Assembly: GCA_038727515.1 (NCBI GenBank)
Contig: JAVYVS010000003.1
Coordinates: 1 to 64,000, forward strand
Source of the DNA: Candidatus Methanomethylicia archaeon
GTDB taxonomy: Archaea > Thermoproteota > Methanomethylicia > Culexarchaeales > Culexarchaeaceae
Length of the DNA: 64,000 nt
Direction of reading: 5' to 3'
Shown here: piece after piece, positions 1-10,986 of the stretch
Layout: every line of letters starts with the position of its first letter
Numbering within the stretch: the stretch's first letter is position 1
Notes under the pieces: generated by a model
Databases searched by the model: none
What the model saw: the letters and a program-made list of their open reading frames with translations, nothing else
What the model was told of the DNA's origin: nothing
Made by a program: the position numbers and the translations under genes

Positions 1-98
1 ATTTATGTGAATTAGCATTAAAATCTGCAAGTACCGGTTATCCAATGAAGGTGGAGGCTATAAGAAGGTATGAAGGCAATAATATTAGCTGCTGGTAA
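1..98 (+). CDS. 3' end of upstream gene, possibly Gfo/Idh/MocA oxidoreductase (partial)
   Basis: Frame 3 is open from the window edge: LCELALKSASTGYPMKVEAIRR...*. Resembles the typical Gfo/Idh/MocA C-terminus. Confidence 0.35.
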   Translation, partial: LCELALKSASTGYPMKVEAIRRYEGNNISCW

Positions 99-1278
99 AG
101 GTTCAAGATTAAATCCATTAACGAAATATAGACCAAAACATCTACTTCCAATAGCTGGAAAACCATTAATAGAACATATAATAGTGGAATTGAAAAATGC
201 AGGTATAGAAGATATAGGGTTAATTGTTGGATATATGAAGAACAAGATAATGGATATTATTAGTGATGGAAAAAAGTATGGAGTGAAAGTTAAATATATA
301 ATTCAAGAAGAACCATTGGGAACTGCACATGCCATAAAAATGGCGGAAGAATATGTTGGAAGTGAAAGATTTATCGTTGTATATGGAGATGTAACATTTA
401 ATAGACAAGTATTATGGGAAGCTTTAGAGAGACATGAGAAGTATAAAGCTTCCACCACAATAGTTGCAACTGAAGTTGAAGATCCATGGAATTATGGGGT
501 AATGGAAATAGATGAAAAGGGTTTCCTTAAGAATATAGTGGAAAAACCTGAGATGGGGATGGAGCTAAGTAAACAAGTGAATACTGGGATATACGTTATG
601 GAAGGATCTAAGATATTTAGTGCAATAAATGTGACACCTAAATCTAAGAGGGGGGAATATGAAATAACTGATACTTTTAAAAAACTTCTTGAAATAGGTG
701 AGAGAATTTTTGTTTATAATGCTGGGAGGAATTGGTGGAGGGATTTGGGGAGGCCATGGGATTTATTGGAGGCAAATGAAGATTATATGAATAGAAACGA
801 GTTTTATAGGAATGGGATATTTGTAGGTTGTGGAAGCATTATTGGAAGTGAATGTATAATAAAGCCACCTACAATAATTGGTAGGAATTGTAAAATAGGT
901 TCAAAATCAATTATAGGACCTTACGCATTTATAGGAGATAATGTTGAAATAGGTTTAAAAAGTAAGATTTCCATGAGTATAGTAATGGAATATTCATGTA
1001 TTATGAATAGATGTGATGTGAATTATAGTGTTATAGGTTCTAATTGTATTATAGAGGGGGATGTAAAGTTCATGTATGAATATGCTGATGGTAGAAATGT
1101 TAAAATGAGGATTAAAGGGGTAGAAGTTGATACTGGTAGGAGTAGGATGGGATCAGTAATTGGAGATTATAGCTATATAGGTTGTGGAAGTATTATCATG
1201 CCTGGAATAACCATATACCCAAATAGTATAGTGACACGTAACAAAATGGTTTATTTTGATGTTGATGGATTCTATTAG
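70..1278 (+). CDS. Sugar-1-phosphate nucleotidylyltransferase with left-handed beta-helix domain (archaeal GlmU-like)
   Basis: MKAIILAAGKGSRLNPLT..PKHLLPIAGKP motif, EKP motif, C-terminal hexapeptide repeats. Confidence 0.9.
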   Translation: MKAIILAAGKGSRLNPLTKYRPKHLLPIAGKPLIEHIIVELKNAGIEDIGLIVGYMKNKIMDIISDGKKYGVKVKYIIQEEPLGTAHAIKMAEEYVGSERFIVVYGDVTFNRQVLWEALERHEKYKASTTIVATEVEDPWNYGVMEIDEKGFLKNIVEKPEMGMELSKQVNTGIYVMEGSKIFSAINVTPKSKRGEYEITDTFKKLLEIGERIFVYNAGRNWWRDLGRPWDLLEANEDYMNRNEFYRNGIFVGCGSIIGSECIIKPPTIIGRNCKIGSKSIIGPYAFIGDNVEIGLKSKISMSIVMEYSCIMNRCDVNYSVIGSNCIIEGDVKFMYEYADGRNVKMRIKGVEVDTGRSRMGSVIGDYSYIGCGSIIMPGITIYPNSIVTRNKMVYFDVDGFY

Positions 1279-1279
1279 T

Positions 1280-2197
1280 CTATTTACCACCGCATCTTTC
1301 AATCATTAAAGTTATTTCACTCCACAATTCATCAACATAAGATTTTAATTCATTCAATTGTTCTTGTGTTATCCTTGAAAATCTACCTTGAAGCTTAATA
1401 TATTCTTCAATGGGCTTTCTATTAGACTTATTGAGTAACGGTTTACATATTCCACTAAGTTTGAATACTCCATGATCAATTTCATATAAAGGCCATAAAC
1501 CTGTTTGAACAGCTAATTTACCAATTTCAATAGTCTTATCACTTGGAAATCTCCATCCAGTGGGACATGGACTATGTAAATGTATATATTTAAAACCTTT
1601 AATAGAAGCTGCTCTTCTAACTTTAGCTATAAAATCTATAGGATAAGCCACTGAAGCCGTGGCTACATATGGTATTTTATGTGAAGCCATTATTAATGGA
1701 ACATTCTTCTTATGCTCACTTTTACCAGTAACAGTTGTTGTCGTCCAAGCAGCGTATGGAGTTGCACTACTCCTCTGAATGCCAGTATTCATGTATGCTT
1801 CATTATCATAGCATATGTAGATTATATCATCATTTCTCTCAGCAGCTCCACTTAGAGATGCCATTCCTATATCTGCAGTTGCACCATCACCAGCCCAAAC
1901 AACCACTTTAATATCACCCTTACCTAAAACCTCAAATCCAGCCTTCACACCCGCTGCAGTTGATGGTGAAGCTGCAAAAGCAATATTCAAAACTGGAACG
2001 TTATACGATGTTTTCGGATACGGGCCTTCAATAATTGTTGAACAACATGCTGGTATAACCAAAACATAATTATCCTCTAAAGCTTTACCAAGCATTCTAA
2101 GACCAAGTGACGCTGGACATCCTGGACATGAAGCATTACCTGGAAGTAGATATTCCTTTAAAGTTAAATCTTTGATGGATATACTCATTTCAATCAC
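1280..2197 (-). CDS. porB: Pyruvate/2-ketoisovalerate:ferredoxin oxidoreductase beta subunit
   Basis: CPGC, TPP-binding GDG...DNEAYMNTGIQRS, SPCPTGW. Confidence 0.92.
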   Translation of the reverse strand: MIEMSISIKDLTLKEYLLPGNASCPGCPASLGLRMLGKALEDNYVLVIPACCSTIIEGPYPKTSYNVPVLNIAFAASPSTAAGVKAGFEVLGKGDIKVVVWAGDGATADIGMASLSGAAERNDDIIYICYDNEAYMNTGIQRSSATPYAAWTTTTVTGKSEHKKNVPLIMASHKIPYVATASVAYPIDFIAKVRRAASIKGFKYIHLHSPCPTGWRFPSDKTIEIGKLAVQTGLWPLYEIDHGVFKLSGICKPLLNKSNRKPIEEYIKLQGRFSRITQEQLNELKSYVDELWSEITLMIERCGGK

Positions 2198-3375
2198 CCC
2201 TTAAGACCCACCCATATTGGAGGTTTAGGTTCTAAACCTTTATCAGCCATATCAATAAGAACTTTAAACATGTATTTACAGTCGTCAACAGTTATATCTC
2301 TACCACCTAAACCAGCTATAAAACTTTGAACTGGAACTTTAAATCCATTTAAAGCCGACGAAACCTCACAATAAACTATACCTCCAAATCCAAAACTAAA
2401 GTTTCTATCTAAAACACCAATATAACGCTTATCATTACATATGCTTCTCAATTCTTCAAATGGAAATGGTCTAATGGTTCTAAGCTTAATTGAACCAACT
2501 TTGTAACCTTCCTCCCTTAAAGAGTCAACAGCATCTTTAACATCACCACTAGAAGAACCTACGCTAATTAAAACTACATCAGCATCACTACACTTATACT
2601 CTTCAATTAAACTATCGTAATATCTACCTGTAATATCACCATACTTCCTACCAGCTTCAATTATAACTTTTCGAGCAGAATTCATAGATTTCTCAATTTC
2701 ATATCTAATCTCCATAAGGTGATCTGGATATGTTAAATTGCCATGGGTTAAGGGATTCTTCGGATCTAAAATGAAGGGTTTAGTTCTAGAGCCAGGAATG
2801 GGTAGATAACCATCAACATCACTTTGATCAGGTATAGAAACAGGCATAGCTGTATGAGATAATATGAAGGCATCTAAAGCAACCATAGCTGGTTGAAGGA
2901 CACGTTCATCCTCAGAAATCCTATAGGATTGAATAATGAGATCTAAAACCTCTTGATTATCCTCAGCGAAAAAGATTATCCAACCGGAATCTCTATGAGC
3001 TAATACATCATTATGCTCAGTCCAAATACTCCATGGAGGACCTAGAGCTCTACATACAACAGCCATAACCAATGGAAATTTACCTAAACCAGCCCACCAA
3101 ACAAGTTCAGACATATACATAAGTCCATGTGAAGAAGTGGCTGTAAAAGCTCTAGCACCAGTAGCAGAAGCACCTATACAAGCAGCCATAGCACTATGTT
3201 CACTTTCAACACAAACATATTTAGCCTTCAATTCACCACTTTCAACAAATTCTGCAATCTTCTCAACAATAGTTGTTTGAGGGGTTATGGGATATGCAGA
3301 TACCACTTGAACCCTAGATAACTTAGCAGCATAAGCTGCAGCATAATTCCCAGTTAAAATTTCAATTTTAGCCAT
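2194..3375 (-). CDS. porA: Pyruvate/2-ketoisovalerate:ferredoxin oxidoreductase alpha subunit
   Basis: AYPITPQT, VESEHSAM, TATSSHGL, GLGGRD motifs. Confidence 0.92.
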   Translation of the reverse strand: MAKIEILTGNYAAAYAAKLSRVQVVSAYPITPQTTIVEKIAEFVESGELKAKYVCVESEHSAMAACIGASATGARAFTATSSHGLMYMSELVWWAGLGKFPLVMAVVCRALGPPWSIWTEHNDVLAHRDSGWIIFFAEDNQEVLDLIIQSYRISEDERVLQPAMVALDAFILSHTAMPVSIPDQSDVDGYLPIPGSRTKPFILDPKNPLTHGNLTYPDHLMEIRYEIEKSMNSARKVIIEAGRKYGDITGRYYDSLIEEYKCSDADVVLISVGSSSGDVKDAVDSLREEGYKVGSIKLRTIRPFPFEELRSICNDKRYIGVLDRNFSFGFGGIVYCEVSSALNGFKVPVQSFIAGLGGRDITVDDCKYMFKVLIDMADKGLEPKPPIWVGLKG

Positions 3376-3377
3376 AA

Positions 3378-3656
3378 CTACTCCTCTCTAACCATAGTTA
3401 TAGCTTTAAATGGACATTCATTGGCACATATCCCACAACCCTTACAATAACTATAATCAATCTTTAACTGCATATAATCATCCCCAAAACGTTTAATGGC
3501 AGCTTCAGGACAATAAATCCAACATAAAAGGCAATTCTTACATTTACCATAATCAATTACTGGTTTAAAAGACCTCCAAATACCAGTATTCCCAGATGCT
3601 CCTTCAATAGGTTTAGATATCTGAATAAAGCAATTTTTAAAGGACATATCAATCAC
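3378..3656 (-). CDS. porD: 2-oxoacid:ferredoxin oxidoreductase delta subunit (2x[4Fe-4S])
   Basis: TGIWRSFKP, CxxCxxCxxxCP twice. Confidence 0.92.
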   Translation of the reverse strand: MIDMSFKNCFIQISKPIEGASGNTGIWRSFKPVIDYGKCKNCLLCWIYCPEAAIKRFGDDYMQLKIDYSYCKGCGICANECPFKAITMVREE

Positions 3657-4207
3657 ACCTGAATAGAATTATAAGCTATCTTTGCAGCTTCAGCATTCAA
3701 TTCACCAATCTTACCAGACCATGTGGAAGAAATAGCTTCAAGAATAGAATCTAAAGATAAAATTTTAACAATTCTAGTTAAAGCACCAATCATAGCAGTA
3801 TTAACAGCTGGAAAACCTGCAAAATACAATCCAAGTTCAATAGCTATCTTGGTGGCATCCACACTATAAACTTTAAAACCACTTAAATTAGGTTCAATAA
3901 CTCCACTAGGACTATTCAAAACAATAATACCATTGGGCTTTAAACCTTTAACAACATCAACAGCCTTCAAAATCTTAGAATCAAAAACTGCAATAACATC
4001 TGGATTATAAACTTGTGAATGCCTCCTAATATGGTGATCAGAAATCCTAGCATAAGCCTCTACAGGAGCACCCCTCCTCTCAGCACCAAACATAGGTATA
4101 CTCTGCCCCCAAAAACCCATTTTAAAAGCTGAATTTACGAGGAGATAGGAGGCAGTAATAACGCCTTGACCCCCACGACCATGAAATCTAAACTCCAAAA
4201 AAACCAA
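3653..4207 (-). CDS. porC: 2-oxoacid:ferredoxin oxidoreductase gamma subunit
   Basis: EFRFHGRGGQG, FGAERRGAPV. Start placed at TTG 4207 after an AGGGGAG SD; the ORF extension to 4414 runs antisense through tRNA-Gly. Confidence 0.9.
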   Translation of the reverse strand: MVFLEFRFHGRGGQGVITASYLLVNSAFKMGFWGQSIPMFGAERRGAPVEAYARISDHHIRRHSQVYNPDVIAVFDSKILKAVDVVKGLKPNGIIVLNSPSGVIEPNLSGFKVYSVDATKIAIELGLYFAGFPAVNTAMIGALTRIVKILSLDSILEAISSTWSGKIGELNAEAAKIAYNSIQV

Positions 4208-4338
4208 AAATACTCCCCTTAAACAGTAAAGAAGGATGACTAAAAATCTTTCGGGTAAAAATTTTGAAAATATATAACATAAGCTGTGAAGCAAAGAATT
4301 TATTTTCAAAATTTGAATAAATAAATGTTTGTAGAAAA

Positions 4339-4413
4339 GCGGCGGTCGTCTAGCCTGGACTAGGACACTGGCCTTCCGAGTCAGCAACCCGGGTTCAAAT
4401 CCCGGCCGCCGCA
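4339..4413 (+). tRNA. tRNA-Gly(UCC)
   Basis: Acceptor GCGGCGG/CCGCCGC, anticodon arm CTGGC-CTTCCGA-GTCAG, GGTTCAAATCC T-arm; CCA not encoded. Confidence 0.95.
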
Positions 4414-5271
4414 TTAAACCTCAACATTAAATGTTAATTTAACAATAAAACCTAGAATGAAAGATAGAATTGCAACCCCTAAACTAATCACTAACATCTC
4501 CAAAAACCTTTTCTTAAATGATAAGTCTTTTGCAATAGAAACATAAAACGTGAAAATAAAGATTATAGTTACAGCACAAGTTATAGTTAAACCTAAGCAT
4601 AAATATGCATTGGAGAAAAGGATGTAAGGGAGAATTAGAAGGAGAACTGTGACAATGTACATTAAACCCGTATAAGTTGCAGCTTTAATTGGATTTTTCC
4701 CTCCACTTTCAGCTTTTGTGGAAAGATATTCAGATGCAGCCATAGATAATGCAGCTGCAACTCCAGTTATTAAACCTATTAAACCTATAAGTTTAGAGTC
4801 TTGAAGTGCAATTGTAAACCCAGCTAAAGCCCCTGTAAGCTCAATTAACGCATCATTCAAACCCAAAACCATAGAGCTAACGTATTTAAGTTTCTCCTCA
4901 TCCAACAAGTCTATTAACTGTTTTTCATGGGATTCTTCATCCATTAAGACATTATATATTTCTGGTAAAGATCTAGTTAACACGCTATAAACACTTATGG
5001 CGTTTCCCTCACCTCTCTCCATAAGCTTTAATGTAAAGGTTAAACCAAAAATCTTTGCCATAAACATGTATAATAAAACTTTAAACTTGATTGGCTTAAC
5101 ATCCACCCCACTATGATTTCTAAGAATATGATAATGTTTTAACTCATCTTCAGCAATTTTAGCAAGAATTTTGGCATTATTAGGATTTTTAATGGATTTA
5201 GATAACCTATTATAAACCAAGTGTTCAGTTATTTCATTCCTCTGAACCATTAGAATAGTTAGACTTTCCAC
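4414..5271 (-). CDS. Ferritin/rubrerythrin-like domain fused to VIT1/CCC1 iron transporter (MbfA-like)
   Basis: ExxH di-iron motifs (DELKH, DEESHE), then VLGLNDALIE and SMAASEYLS VIT1 motifs with TM helices. Confidence 0.88.
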   Translation of the reverse strand: MESLTILMVQRNEITEHLVYNRLSKSIKNPNNAKILAKIAEDELKHYHILRNHSGVDVKPIKFKVLLYMFMAKIFGLTFTLKLMERGEGNAISVYSVLTRSLPEIYNVLMDEESHEKQLIDLLDEEKLKYVSSMVLGLNDALIELTGALAGFTIALQDSKLIGLIGLITGVAAALSMAASEYLSTKAESGGKNPIKAATYTGLMYIVTVLLLILPYILFSNAYLCLGLTITCAVTIIFIFTFYVSIAKDLSFKKRFLEMLVISLGVAILSFILGFIVKLTFNVEV

Positions 5272-5364
5272 AATAAAGTTTTCATAAAATGAATATATAT
5301 AAGTTCAATGAATGGTTATAACTTAAACATAAAGGTTATACGTTTATAACATAAATTATAGTAT

Positions 5365-6430
5365 ATGATACCTCTTAATGTCAAAAAGTTTTTCAGCCCT
5401 AAGTAGGTATAAGGCTTATTTAAATACGGCTGCTCAAGGCCTTATACCAAAAAACTTCAGAAGCTTTAAGAAAGTTCATTGAGAGAACTGAAATGGATTA
5501 ATGGGAGGAAATGGCTAAAGAGGTGGATGAACCTACCAGGGGGAGATAGCAAAATTGATATGATGCAGTGAGGATGAGGTCTCATATAGTGTACAAACCA
5601 CAGATGGTTTTAGGAGGATAATCTTATCAATTAAACCAAAATTGAATGGTAATGTTGTGGGAATATATTTGGAATTCCCATCAATATCACTCGCATTAAG
5701 TGAAAGAAATAAAAGTGAGGTTAGAATAGCTAAACATAAGGATGGAAGATATGAGATTTCACAATTCGAGAAATTAATTGATGAAAATACGTATGCAGTG
5801 GTATTTAGCAGTGTTGTATGGGTTAATGGCTTCATGATGCCAATAAAGAAGATAAGTGAAATAGCTCATGAAAAGAGTGCACTGGTAATAGTTGATGGAA
5901 TACAACATGTTGGGGCAGTATCAATTGATGTAAAAAGGGTTGGTATAGACGCCATGGCCGTGGGAGGGGAAAAATGGTTATTAAACAATGTAATGGGGTC
6001 AGGATTCATATATGTGAACCATGAAATAATGGAATACTTAGAGCCCCCAACACAAACACTACTAAATTTCCAAGAGCCGGAGGTAGGCTGGAGCAAGTGG
6101 TGGACACTAATAGATAAAGATCCATGAAAACCATTAAAGCCATAAAAAACAGCAATGAAATTGGATTGGGGTGGAGGAAAACCATACATATTAATAGAAG
6201 CCTTAAAATCATCCGTGAAATACATAAACAATATTGGGATACAAGAAAGGATATGAAAAAGAAATGAATATTGTAAAGGAATAAAGGGGTGAGGGTATAC
6301 AAGTATCATATAGAGGCTCGAGCGGGATAGGTGGAATAAGAATATCACCACACCTATACAATGATGAAAATGATGTAGAGATGTTGTTCTCAAAAATTGA
6401 ATCTAAGAAAAAATTTAAGGAAAACATTAA
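5365..6430 (+). pseudogene. Class V PLP aminotransferase pseudogene (paralog of 10987..12177)
   Basis: Colinear similarity from YLNTAAQGL to GIRISPHLYNDE. Frameshifts, in-frame stops (e.g. TGG>TGA at 6125) and an internal deletion near 6245. Confidence 0.9.
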
Positions 6431-6453
6431 TGAAAAATAGAGATAGAAACTAA

Positions 6454-6555
6454 GCTTCGGTCGTATAGTCCAGCCAAGTATTCAAGCCTCTCGAGCATAT
6501 AAGTATAACGTGGAGAAAGCCTGAGACCCGGGTTCAAACCCCGGCCAAGGCACCA
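6454..6555 (+). pseudogene. Degenerate intron-containing tRNA-Glu(CUC) copy
   Basis: Aligns to 12205..12304 but has a C:A mismatch in the acceptor stem, an A:C mismatch in the anticodon stem, and has lost the D-loop GG. Confidence 0.8.
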
Positions 6556-6669
6556 CACTAAAAATACATTTAAATTCAAATGAAACTTTGAAAAATATTT
6601 GGGAAATGCTTAAAGTGGTGAAAAGTAAAGTTAAAATATTCATTGGAGTAATTGTTGACGGGGTTTATT

Positions 6670-7929
6670 ATGGGTTATGAGTTCCTTTCAAACACGTTGA
6701 ACACAATAAAACGCGGTGTAGAATTAGGGGGATTTCCAAACGAATTGTATGAGATATTAAGCAAGCCTGAAAGAACTTTATATGTAACTATCCCAATAAG
6801 GATGGATAATGGTAAAATAGCATTTTTCGAGGGATTTAGAGTACAACATAATAGTGCACTTGGACCATATAAAGGTGGAATAAGATTCCATGAAAAGGTG
6901 GATGTATACACAGACACAGCTCTGGCAATCCTAATGACCATAAAGAACTCCTTGGCAGGTTTACCATACGGTGGAGGAAAAGGAGCGGTAAAAGTAGATC
7001 CAAAAAAGCTTTCACAAAATGAATTGGAGAGATTATCTAGAGGATATATAAGAGCTATAGCACCATTAATAGGTGAAAAATTGGATATACCAGCACCTGA
7101 TGTGGGTACTAATTCACAAATAATGGCATGGATGGTGGATGAATACATAAAAATAAAGGGTATTAATGAAGCTGGGGTAATAACCTCAAAACCAGTGGAG
7201 TTATGGGGTAACCCCGTTAGAAACTATTCCACCGGTTATGGTTGCTATGTTTGCGCAAGAGAAGCAGCAAAGGAATATTTGGGAGGCTTAAAAAATATTA
7301 GAGTTTCAGTTCAAGGGTTTGGAAATGTTGGAATGTATGCTGCATATTGGTGTGCAAAGGACGGTGCAAAAATAATTGCTGTAAGTGACACTAGCGGAAC
7401 AATATATAATCCAAACGGTTTAGATATTGAAAAATTAATAAAGGTGAAAATGGAGACTGGAGCTGTATCAAACTATGAAGATGCTCAACTCATCAAAGAT
7501 AGTAAAGCTGCACTTTATGTGGATGCAGATATTCAGATTCCCTCGGCACTTGAAAATCAAATAACAATAGAAAATGTAAAGAATGTTAAGGGTAAAATAA
7601 TTGTTGAAGGTGCAAATGGGCCCACAACACCCGATGCAGAAGAATACTTAACAAAGAACGGAGTAATTGTAGTGCCAGATTTCCTAGCAAATGCTGGTGG
7701 AGTAATAATGAGCTACCTAGAATGGGTTGAGAATCTACAATGGTATTTATGGGATGAAGAAGAAACCAGATCAAAACTGGAGAAAATAATGATATCAAAC
7801 TTCCATAGAGTCAACAACAAGTATAAAGAATTAAAGAAGAACAAACCAAACATCAGCATGAGAGATGCTGCAATGGTCGCTGCACTAGAAAGATTATACA
7901 ATACGATGAAGATTAGAGGTTGGTTATAA
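6670..7929 (+). CDS. gdhA: Glutamate dehydrogenase
   Basis: [48 protein letters not shown]. Confidence 0.95.
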   Translation: MGYEFLSNTLNTIKRGVELGGFPNELYEILSKPERTLYVTIPIRMDNGKIAFFEGFRVQHNSALGPYKGGIRFHEKVDVYTDTALAILMTIKNSLAGLPYGGGKGAVKVDPKKLSQNELERLSRGYIRAIAPLIGEKLDIPAPDVGTNSQIMAWMVDEYIKIKGINEAGVITSKPVELWGNPVRNYSTGYGCYVCAREAAKEYLGGLKNIRVSVQGFGNVGMYAAYWCAKDGAKIIAVSDTSGTIYNPNGLDIEKLIKVKMETGAVSNYEDAQLIKDSKAALYVDADIQIPSALENQITIENVKNVKGKIIVEGANGPTTPDAEEYLTKNGVIVVPDFLANAGGVIMSYLEWVENLQWYLWDEEETRSKLEKIMISNFHRVNNKYKELKKNKPNISMRDAAMVAALERLYNTMKIRGWL

Positions 7930-7999
7930 ACATCATTAACAAAACTTTCATCACTTTTTTCTCACTACTTAAGGAGAACATTTGTTTTATAACGTAAGT

Positions 8000-8100
8000 T
8001 TAACGTCTAAGAGAAGCAAAACCACCCTGTCTAGATGGAAACTTCTTAACATTTCTAATCTTAGAGAGCTCCACAATCAGATCATTCGTGACCAATTTGA
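8000..8100 (-). pseudogene. 3' remnant of the hypothetical gene paralogous to 12313..12810
   Basis: Minus strand reads ELSKIRNVKKFPSRQGGFASLRR*, versus EISRINSMKKLPARQGAFSSLRR* in the intact copy. Confidence 0.8.
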
Positions 8101-9056
8101 TCTATAGCACAAAATATGATTGTGCTATAGATGCCTTGCCACATAGATTAGTTGTTAAAGTGAATGAAACATGCATAGAAGCTGGAGTTAATATGGTTGA
8201 TTTAGCATATGAACCAGGGCAGCTAGATCTAAATGATAAAGCCATGGATAGAGGAGTGATGCTTGTCCCAGGGTGCGGGGTTGTCCCCGGACTAAGCAAT
8301 ATATTGGCAAGGTATGGATCATATAGGATGAGCAAGGTGGATGTAGTAAGGATAAGGGTTGGAGGAATACCAATAAATCCAAAACCACCATTAGAATATG
8401 GAATAATGTTCTCAGTGGAAAGCGTGATAGAGGAATATGTGAAACCATCAATAATAGTGATGGATGGCGAATTAATGTATGTACCAGCATTATCTGGAAT
8501 TGAGACAATAGAGCTACCTGAAGTAGGGAAATTGGAATGCTTCTACAAAGATGGATTATCAACACTACCATACATCATGAGTGATGTTAAAGAGATGTGG
8601 GAGAAAACCATAAGATGGCCTGGACATGCGGAGAAGATCATGACTCTAAGGGATCTAGGATTCTTCAACAAAGATGAAATAGAAATAGCTGGAGCAAAGA
8701 TCAAACCTAGAGACCTATCAACAAAACTATTAAGTGAAAAGTTGAAAGCTAAAGAAGATATGACAATACTACTGGTAGAAGTTGTTGGAAGTAATGGAGA
8801 TATATCTGTTGAAGCAAGATATAAAATGATTGACTACTACAACCATGAGGAGGAGGTAACTTCCATGGGAAGAACAAGTGGATACACATGTGCAATAATA
8901 GCAAAAATGATCATGAAAAAAGAAATTACTGGAAGAGGTGTAATACCACCAGAAAACCTACTACCAAAAGATAAAATAGAGAAACTGCTAAGAGAATTAT
9001 GGAATAGAGGAATCATAATTGAAGAAAATATAATATTAAAAAGGAGTTCATGGTAA
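8088..9056 (+). pseudogene. 5'-truncated saccharopine/lysine 6-dehydrogenase family gene
   Basis: High similarity to 12916..14064 starts only at KYDCAI. The N-terminal Rossmann GxGxxG region is missing; the rest of the frame is open. Confidence 0.75.
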
Positions 9057-9128
9057 TAATTAAATCTCAAATCAAATATATTCAGTATATCACCAAAACC
9101 TGAAATGGAAAATTTGATACAAATGTTT

Positions 9129-9183
9129 GGCTCAGACGGTTGATCCTTCATCAAAAATCAATTGAATTTGAATCCTCATCGCC
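9129..9183 (-). ncRNA. C/D box sRNA; D guide complementary to 16S rRNA 5' end
   Basis: GGC-GATGA(C)..TTGA(D')..TGATGA(C')-AGGATCAACCGT-CTGA(D)-GCC with terminal stem TTTGGC/GCCAAA. Confidence 0.75.
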
Positions 9184-9284
9184 AAATAATTAGTTGAAAC
9201 CCAATATAAATAAGCTATTCACAATAAAATGTTGGGTATCATACTCTGGAGAGAGTTGATAAGAATTCATCATATCTAAATGCC

Positions 9285-10853
9285 ATGAGTACAACTGGAA
9301 CAAGAACAAGAGTTAAAGATGTAAACCCAACAAGTGACATGTGCCCAATATGTATAAGAGAATGTCCAGTACTCTGTGAAATAGGTCTATCTTCCTTTAG
9401 GGGGAGGGAAGTATTATACCCATCTCCAGAGTATTTCGGAGAGTCCACTGCAGCATCACTAAAGGACTATTACCTAGATTGGAGCAACTTCCAAATACTA
9501 AGCACAGTTAGAGGAGCTAAGGGAATTGAAGAAAATCCAGATGTAGCCTTCTTCGAAAATGTGTATATAGAAACAACAATAGGAGGAATACCGCACAAAC
9601 TACCTATATGGTGTGGTGCATACGGATCTACATTTGTCGCAAAGAAGAATTGGGATGGATTAGCTGTAGGATGCGCTTTATCAGGAGTCTCAATAGTTAT
9701 AGGAGAAAATGTGTGTGGCATGGATCTGAACTCTAGATTTGAAAACGGTAAAGTCGTACATTCAGATGATATGTCATATAGAGTGAAAAAGTTTAGAGAA
9801 TTTTGGGATGGAAAATATGGAGATGTTATTGTTCAAACAAATGTTGAAGACGCAAGACTTGGTGTAGACGTGTACGTAATATCAAAACTTGAAGTAAATA
9901 TAATAGAGAGGAAGTGGGGTCAAGGAGCAAAGGCTATAGGAGGAGAAGTGAGAATAAGCGATTTAGATAGAGCAATACAATTAAAGAAGAGAGGGTATAT
10001 AGTTATACCAGACCCAGAAGACCCAGTTGTACAGGAAGCATTTAAGAGGGGATCTATAAGAAGTTTTGAAAGACACAGTAGAGTTGGAATGCCAAGATTA
10101 AAAGATTTTGTTGAAGATGTTGAATGGTTAAGAGAACAAGGAGCAAAGAAAGTTACGATAAAAACCGGTTGTTATAGACCTGCAGACGTTGCTTGGACTT
10201 TAAAAGTTGCATCAGAAGCAAAGGTAGACGTCGTAACATTTGATGGTGCTGGTGGCGGAACAGGCATGTCTCCAGTTCCAATGATGAATGAAATGGGTAT
10301 ACCAACAGTACACTTAGAAGCCTTAGTTTTAAAAGCTGCACAAATATTAAAGAAAAAGGGTAGATACGTACCAGACATCATTATTGCAGGGGGATTCATA
10401 AATGAAACACAAATGGTGAAGGCAATAGCTATGAGCAACTTTGGAGATGGCCCATTGGTAAAGGGAATTGTTATGGCTAGAGCCCCATTAACAGCAGTAA
10501 TGAAAGGCAGCTACTTCCTAGAACTATACAAGAATGGTAAACTACCAAAACCTTTCACAGACCTATATGGAGACTCGCCAGAGAAATTCTACATTTCAGC
10601 ACAAGAATTAAAGGAAAGATATGGTGAAAGATTTAAAGACATACCTTGGCCTGCTGTAGGATTATACACGTATCTCACAGAAAGGATAGGTGTAGGAATG
10701 AAGCAATTACTTGCTGGAGCAAGAAAATTCAAACTGAGTTTAATAGATAGAAACGATTTAGGCTCACTAACTGAAAGAGCATGCAAAGTAACAGGAATAC
10801 CATTGATAGAGGATGTGGATTCAGAAGTTTTCGAAGAAATACTTTTACATTAA
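9285..10853 (+). CDS. FMN-binding glutamate synthase family protein (archaeal GltB domain-2 type)
   Basis: N-terminal CxxCxxxCxxxCE cluster, KWGQGAKAIGGE, DGAGGGTGMSP, IAGG. Confidence 0.88.
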   Translation: MSTTGTRTRVKDVNPTSDMCPICIRECPVLCEIGLSSFRGREVLYPSPEYFGESTAASLKDYYLDWSNFQILSTVRGAKGIEENPDVAFFENVYIETTIGGIPHKLPIWCGAYGSTFVAKKNWDGLAVGCALSGVSIVIGENVCGMDLNSRFENGKVVHSDDMSYRVKKFREFWDGKYGDVIVQTNVEDARLGVDVYVISKLEVNIIERKWGQGAKAIGGEVRISDLDRAIQLKKRGYIVIPDPEDPVVQEAFKRGSIRSFERHSRVGMPRLKDFVEDVEWLREQGAKKVTIKTGCYRPADVAWTLKVASEAKVDVVTFDGAGGGTGMSPVPMMNEMGIPTVHLEALVLKAAQILKKKGRYVPDIIIAGGFINETQMVKAIAMSNFGDGPLVKGIVMARAPLTAVMKGSYFLELYKNGKLPKPFTDLYGDSPEKFYISAQELKERYGERFKDIPWPAVGLYTYLTERIGVGMKQLLAGARKFKLSLIDRNDLGSLTERACKVTGIPLIEDVDSEVFEEILLH

Positions 10854-10986
10854 AAAAAGTAAAGTTAAAATAATTTTTCCTTACTTTTTTTATTTTTATT
10901 ATAAAGATCTGCCCATCTAAATGTAATCCATGAAGATAAAGGATAAAGAAAGTATTTTATATTGAATAATGAAGATAATTTGAATC

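Noticed and set aside
4208-4414. N-terminal extension of the porC ORF (MRRPGFEPG...)
   Set aside because: Antisense translation of tRNA-Gly and its promoter
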